A DNA stretch of 57,023 nt, the filler included, from Porpidia crustulata (lineage: Eukaryota): NCBI GenBank assembly GCA_964255105.1. It is 7 parts of 7 records of this genome, joined end to end, with 100 filler letters (N's around TTAATTAATTAA, not from the genome) between each part and the next. Parts side by side here need not be neighbours in the genome. Positions count along the whole stretch, not along the records: positions 48,970 to 57,023 come from CAXUWE010001185.1; 6 more parts are not named here. The stretch is one strand, 5' to 3'. The translations under genes were made by a program, and so were the position numbers. Below, piece after piece: positions 52,711 to 57,023 of the stretch. The first letter of the stretch is position 1, and every line of letters starts with the position of its first letter. Below the pieces are notes generated by a model, which did no database searches, was not told the origin of the DNA, and was given only the letters and a program-made list of their open reading frames with translations.

Positions 52711-54851
52711 TATCGAGCGCCCTTCGAGTCTGATTTGCTGGTGGCTATATCAACGAGAACGCAAGAAAGTCCTTGAACTCATAGAGTATGGAAAATGCTA
52801 CGAACTTACCCAGGTAGCCTTTCTTTCACAACGATGTAGGAATAAACTTTTGAAGGGCGCTTTAGAGCTTAAGAATGAGATAACTACACAAAATGCGACC
52901 CTATCCTTCCCGAAGCTTTCTTTTTCAACGCTGCGCAAGCAGCAACGGAGTACCCGACACAACGATGCCGCATGCTAGTCAATGGAAATGCCGGTTACAC
53001 AGAGACTGTTTCATCGGTCCAGGCCACCTCAGTAATAGGCATAGAGGTCGTAAGGCAGTCATTCCAAATTATCAAGATACGACAGTTACCCTCGCACAGC
53101 TAAGCAAGCTTCCAGGACATTCCAATGTCAGGCATCAACTCGATTATCTCATCTTGATCTATTGGGAACGCAAGCAGTGTACTGAAGTGTTCAAAACGTA
53201 AGTCGAGAAAGTTCTTGTAATCCTCGTTCGTAAATGCAGCGGTACTCTGACACGCCAAATGGATAATTGAATAATCAAAAATGCGAAAGGCTTGTCTTTG
53301 CCCTCCTTATCCCTGATCACATATGGAGTAGCGTAGTCTAAGCCGCGTCCTTCCAACAAACGCGATCTGATATCCAATGGAAATGACATATAGGTGTAGT
53401 GAAGAGGTTCTGGGGTGTTACGAATTGATTGACATGGATCGGAGATCATAGGACAACGCTGCGCTGCCAGCTGATAAGCAGGCAATTGTTTGATAGCCTC
53501 GCTAATTATCAACGGCTGGGACCACCACCAGCACCGCTGATGCACTTTATAATTGCATTGTTCCTTCCTCATCAGGATCAGGTCGCATTGCAGCAGGTCT
53601 CAAGTGTGGAATATGTGGCCAATGGAAGGCTACCCACGCATGTGTTATATATGCTGCACTCTGGTAGCGAGATGCTGTTGGTGGGCGGCGCGCGTCTAAT
53701 CGGATCGGGTTCTGATTGGTTGAAAGAACCAAAATGATTTGAAATTTCGACTCATGTTTGCATTTTCCCTTGCTCCTTGAAACCTTGAGTCCTTGTGTAA
53801 CGGTATTCCATGTCCTTCCGTCAGCATAGGCTGACATCCTTCGCTTCGGTCCTCCTATCACGCAAGATGCAATCGTCCGGATCGTCATCTGGGTTTACGC
53901 CCGCAGACCGTCGCGAATGGCTAGACATGATTGCCATTTCCTCCAATCAAGCTATCACGCTCACACCGGCAAATATATCCCAAAACTTGGAGACATTCTG
54001 AATTTTGCGGGAGACGTCTTGCATCTGATACATCTGATCGATTTCCTAGGTCTTATTAGAATCATCGATACACCTAGCTCTTACATCAGAGGTGTAGTCC
54101 CTTTAGCTTGATAATTGGGAAAGCTGCGGCAGCCTTTGCCCTGAACAACAAACACTTGTGCTTCAAGACCTGACCCAACCACAATTTCTTACTAGTTGCG
54201 TCGATACGACGGCGCAGCTGGAAAGGCACGTGTCGCTCAACGTGGGACCTGTAGAGACCGTGCCTTTGGTTGGTACCTTCCTCTTGCTGGCTGCACCTTT
54301 CAAACACCAATGTCCTTGAGCGGCGCCTCTGATTGATCAATGGACATGCGTTCGGATAAGTGATCTTCTCTGACCGTAATGCAATCCCCATCGTCCATGG
54401 CACCAGATATTACAGCACCTGGTAGAGAGGTAAAGATTGTTGTAGAATACCCAAATGTATGCCGTCCTATTGATACAAAATAAATGCGAGGCTTGTAAGG
54501 TTAATGAACCATCCAAGTATTTGCAATAGTTCGGGAGGTTCAAACGATCCTGCACCAATCATGTACTACTATCATCAAAGGTTTTCAACACGGGATGGGT
54601 GCATCAGCCTCCCTGAATGTGGTGAAAACTCGCATTTCCTGAGCTGAATCTAAGTGGAGCTTAACATTTAACACACGCAAAGGTGAGAAAGGCGGACAAC
54701 CTCGTTCTTTTTGATGATCTTGATAGACAAACGGCTTTTCTCCAGTTACTCCTGAAGCCTCCGAGTATTACTCAGCCAAGCTCAGCACGAGGCTACCACC
54801 ATTATATTCACTATTGCGATTGGTAGAAAGGGCTCAAGGGTGAGGACTCGA

Positions 54852-56467
54852 ATGTCTTCCACAATCAATTTCGACATTCTCTACGCAATATGTCAACAAG
54901 TGAGTGCAAAGGTGTATTCTTCAGAATTCCGTATCATCCACTAACAAGTACTACTTATCAGGTGTATGATGTTTCTGATCGGCGCGATCTCGCCGCCTTA
55001 TGTTTGGTCTGCAAACTGGCGAACAGAGCAGCAACGCCATTTTTATATCGCTCTGTGTTGTTTAACCTTGCTTTCCATGGAAATCCCTCGACAGAGGGTC
55101 TGATCGACGTTCTTACCAAGCGAAGACCTGGCCATCGAGATTTTGTTCGAGGTGTGACCGTGGTCAGGGACTTCCTAGGTAACGAGCTCGAAAAATCATT
55201 GACTCTAGGTTGGTCCTACAACGCTGAACGTCTTACCGAACTATTACCATTGCTGTCCAATATTCACCAATTCCGGTACGTCCCCTTGCCTAATTATTTG
55301 AGCGAATACCATCTTAACCTTCGATATAGGTGGGTAGTACCTGGTATCACTCGGTCTGACATGCACAGGGCGCTTCGACGTTATCAGAGTCTAACGAAAA
55401 TAGCTATTTCTGACGCCTCATTTCTTCCGAACTGGAAGACCGATGCACAACATTACAGATCCTCCATCTCCGGAGGCAGAATGACTTCAATACCGGATCG
55501 CAAGATCTCGCCATTCCGATTCAAGTCCCTGGGCCTGAGCTTTGGTGACTCTAAATGTCTCCAAATGGTGGCTAATCGTCCAGGTTGCGATGATATCATT
55601 GGTACCGACTCCTCCGTCGCAACGTTCGAAGAATTGACACAAGAAGCTTGCGACTTTTTGTCAGCTGGTACTTTCGTACAGCAACAGATTAATCTCTCGG
55701 AGGTACTGGCGTGGGAGCTTACCAATTGCGCAAACCTCGGATTCCTCTTCGATGAATTCTTATGCGCCTCCAACAATCAAAAACTCAAGCGCCTTATTGT
55801 CAGGAATACTTCTGACCGCAATATCTTTGGGTACTTTGACCGAGAAAAATTCGAGCGGTGGCTTATGTTATACAAAGGATTAGAAGACGTTGCCTTCATC
55901 AATCTAGGAGATAATAGACCCAGCTTTGAAGCCATCAGCGCTCATGGCGCAACACTCAAACGTCTTGCAATACAAGAATATGAAATTCCCCAATCGGAGA
56001 AGAGACCTTATCCTAGCGCAGAAAACGTTCAGCTTCTTTTAGACAATTGTCCAAATTTGCAGCACTTGTCTCTCGACTTGCCAGCCACCGCCATCTCTGA
56101 CGAGGACGAGATCGTGACAATACTAAGGGAATTTGAACAGATAACCCATTTGGTAATCAGAAATCCCTTAGACATTTACACCCCAGTGCACGATCCTGAG
56201 GTCCTCAAATCCACAATACTCGACCGTTCCTGGGTTCTCCAGATATTCGACAGTATAGCTTCACCACATTTGATGAGACTCAACTTGTATTCTGTCGAAC
56301 TACCCAGCGGCCATGGTACCTTACAGAAAAACAAAGCAGACGATCTACAACACCACTGGCGAGTCGATCGGGTGGGAGCAACACTTCGGGTTCGTGATCT
56401 CACTCCCAAAATCCTCAAGGCGAAGCGTCACCGCTCCAATTCTGATGGACAAGAGGCTCATGTTTGA
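54852..56467 (+). CDS. F-box-like N-terminus with LRR/RNI-like C-terminal region, hypothetical
   Basis: Spliced N-terminus MSSTINFDILYAICQQ/VYDVSDRRDLAALCLVCKLANRAATPFLYRSV is F-box-like. LRR-like segments (LKRLIV, HGATLKRLAI, CPNLQHLSLD). A second in-frame intron is likely near 55276-55329. Confidence 0.7.
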
Positions 56468-57023
56468 GAAGGATTGAACGACAAATGCCATTGTAATTCG
56501 CATCTCTGAACCGCGACTATGAGGATCAGCTCAAGTGCTGCCACTGGAGTCAGCTCTGCTGCCAGTGGGAGCTACCGGGTAGGACCTACAGAGTAGATCG
56601 ATCGAGTTCTCCACACTCTCACAATCACACCTTCACATCATCAAGATCTTCAAGCCGCATTCCATGATCTGTGCGCCTACGACGGGAAGAACACATCCTC
56701 ATATACCCAAGTACGGTGGTGTGGGTCCCGGGCGACCAATGTTGCACACTAGCTCCACGAAGAAATTGTTCTGGACTGTGCTTGAAAGATATTTACCTTG
56801 AAGTAGTGGAATAAAACAACTAGCGGAAGATAAAGTCACGAGGAAGGGCTTTGTTCCAAGCAGAGCTCGGACCTACTGAGAGCACGAATTAAACCACGCT
56901 CAGGACCATCTCCATTTTACGATTTTCCCTAACCCTTCCAGTCTCTCCACACAATTCAGCGTTCCCATACAGTCCATCATCCGATCACTTCGGTACCAGA
57001 GGTCGTCCCACCACTACCCCGAC

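Noticed and set aside
52900..54600. Short ORFs on both strands between the PTH11-like and F-box-like genes
   Set aside because: No coherent spliced model or recognisable domain could be built.

Overview
Intron-rich filamentous ascomycete (Pezizomycotina-type) genomic DNA. The window is not one locus. It is seven contigs of nearly identical, non-increasing length (8071, 8064, 8064, 8060, 8055, 8055, 8054 nt) joined by artificial 100-nt spacers (N44-TTAATTAATTAA-N44), so gene neighbourhood is meaningful only within a segment. Recognisable genes: CYP53 benzoate 4-hydroxylase, Pho84-like MFS transporter, NCR1/NPC1, COQ5, a probable REC114, the Slt2/MpkA MAPK, an FHA-domain protein, an MFS drug exporter, a small SET-domain protein, a stand-alone Egt1/EgtB-type sulfoxide synthase, eRF1 (SUP45), an AVT1-like amino-acid transporter, prephenate dehydratase, a sugar porter, PMT2, a secreted Cys-repeat protein, a PTH11-like receptor and an F-box-like protein. 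Most interesting: (1) a compact MFS exporter + SET methyltransferase + methyltransferase-less sulfoxide synthase locus, a candidate new thio-histidine-type pathway; (2) a readthrough/3'UTR-intron NMD architecture on eRF1; (3) an AUG-free N-terminal extension on the sugar porter; (4) a spliced zinc-finger microgene missed by the ORF track; (5) pogo/Fot1-like transposon ends and a MITE. Exon boundaries were read by eye and family calls come from motif recognition; no database searches were run.
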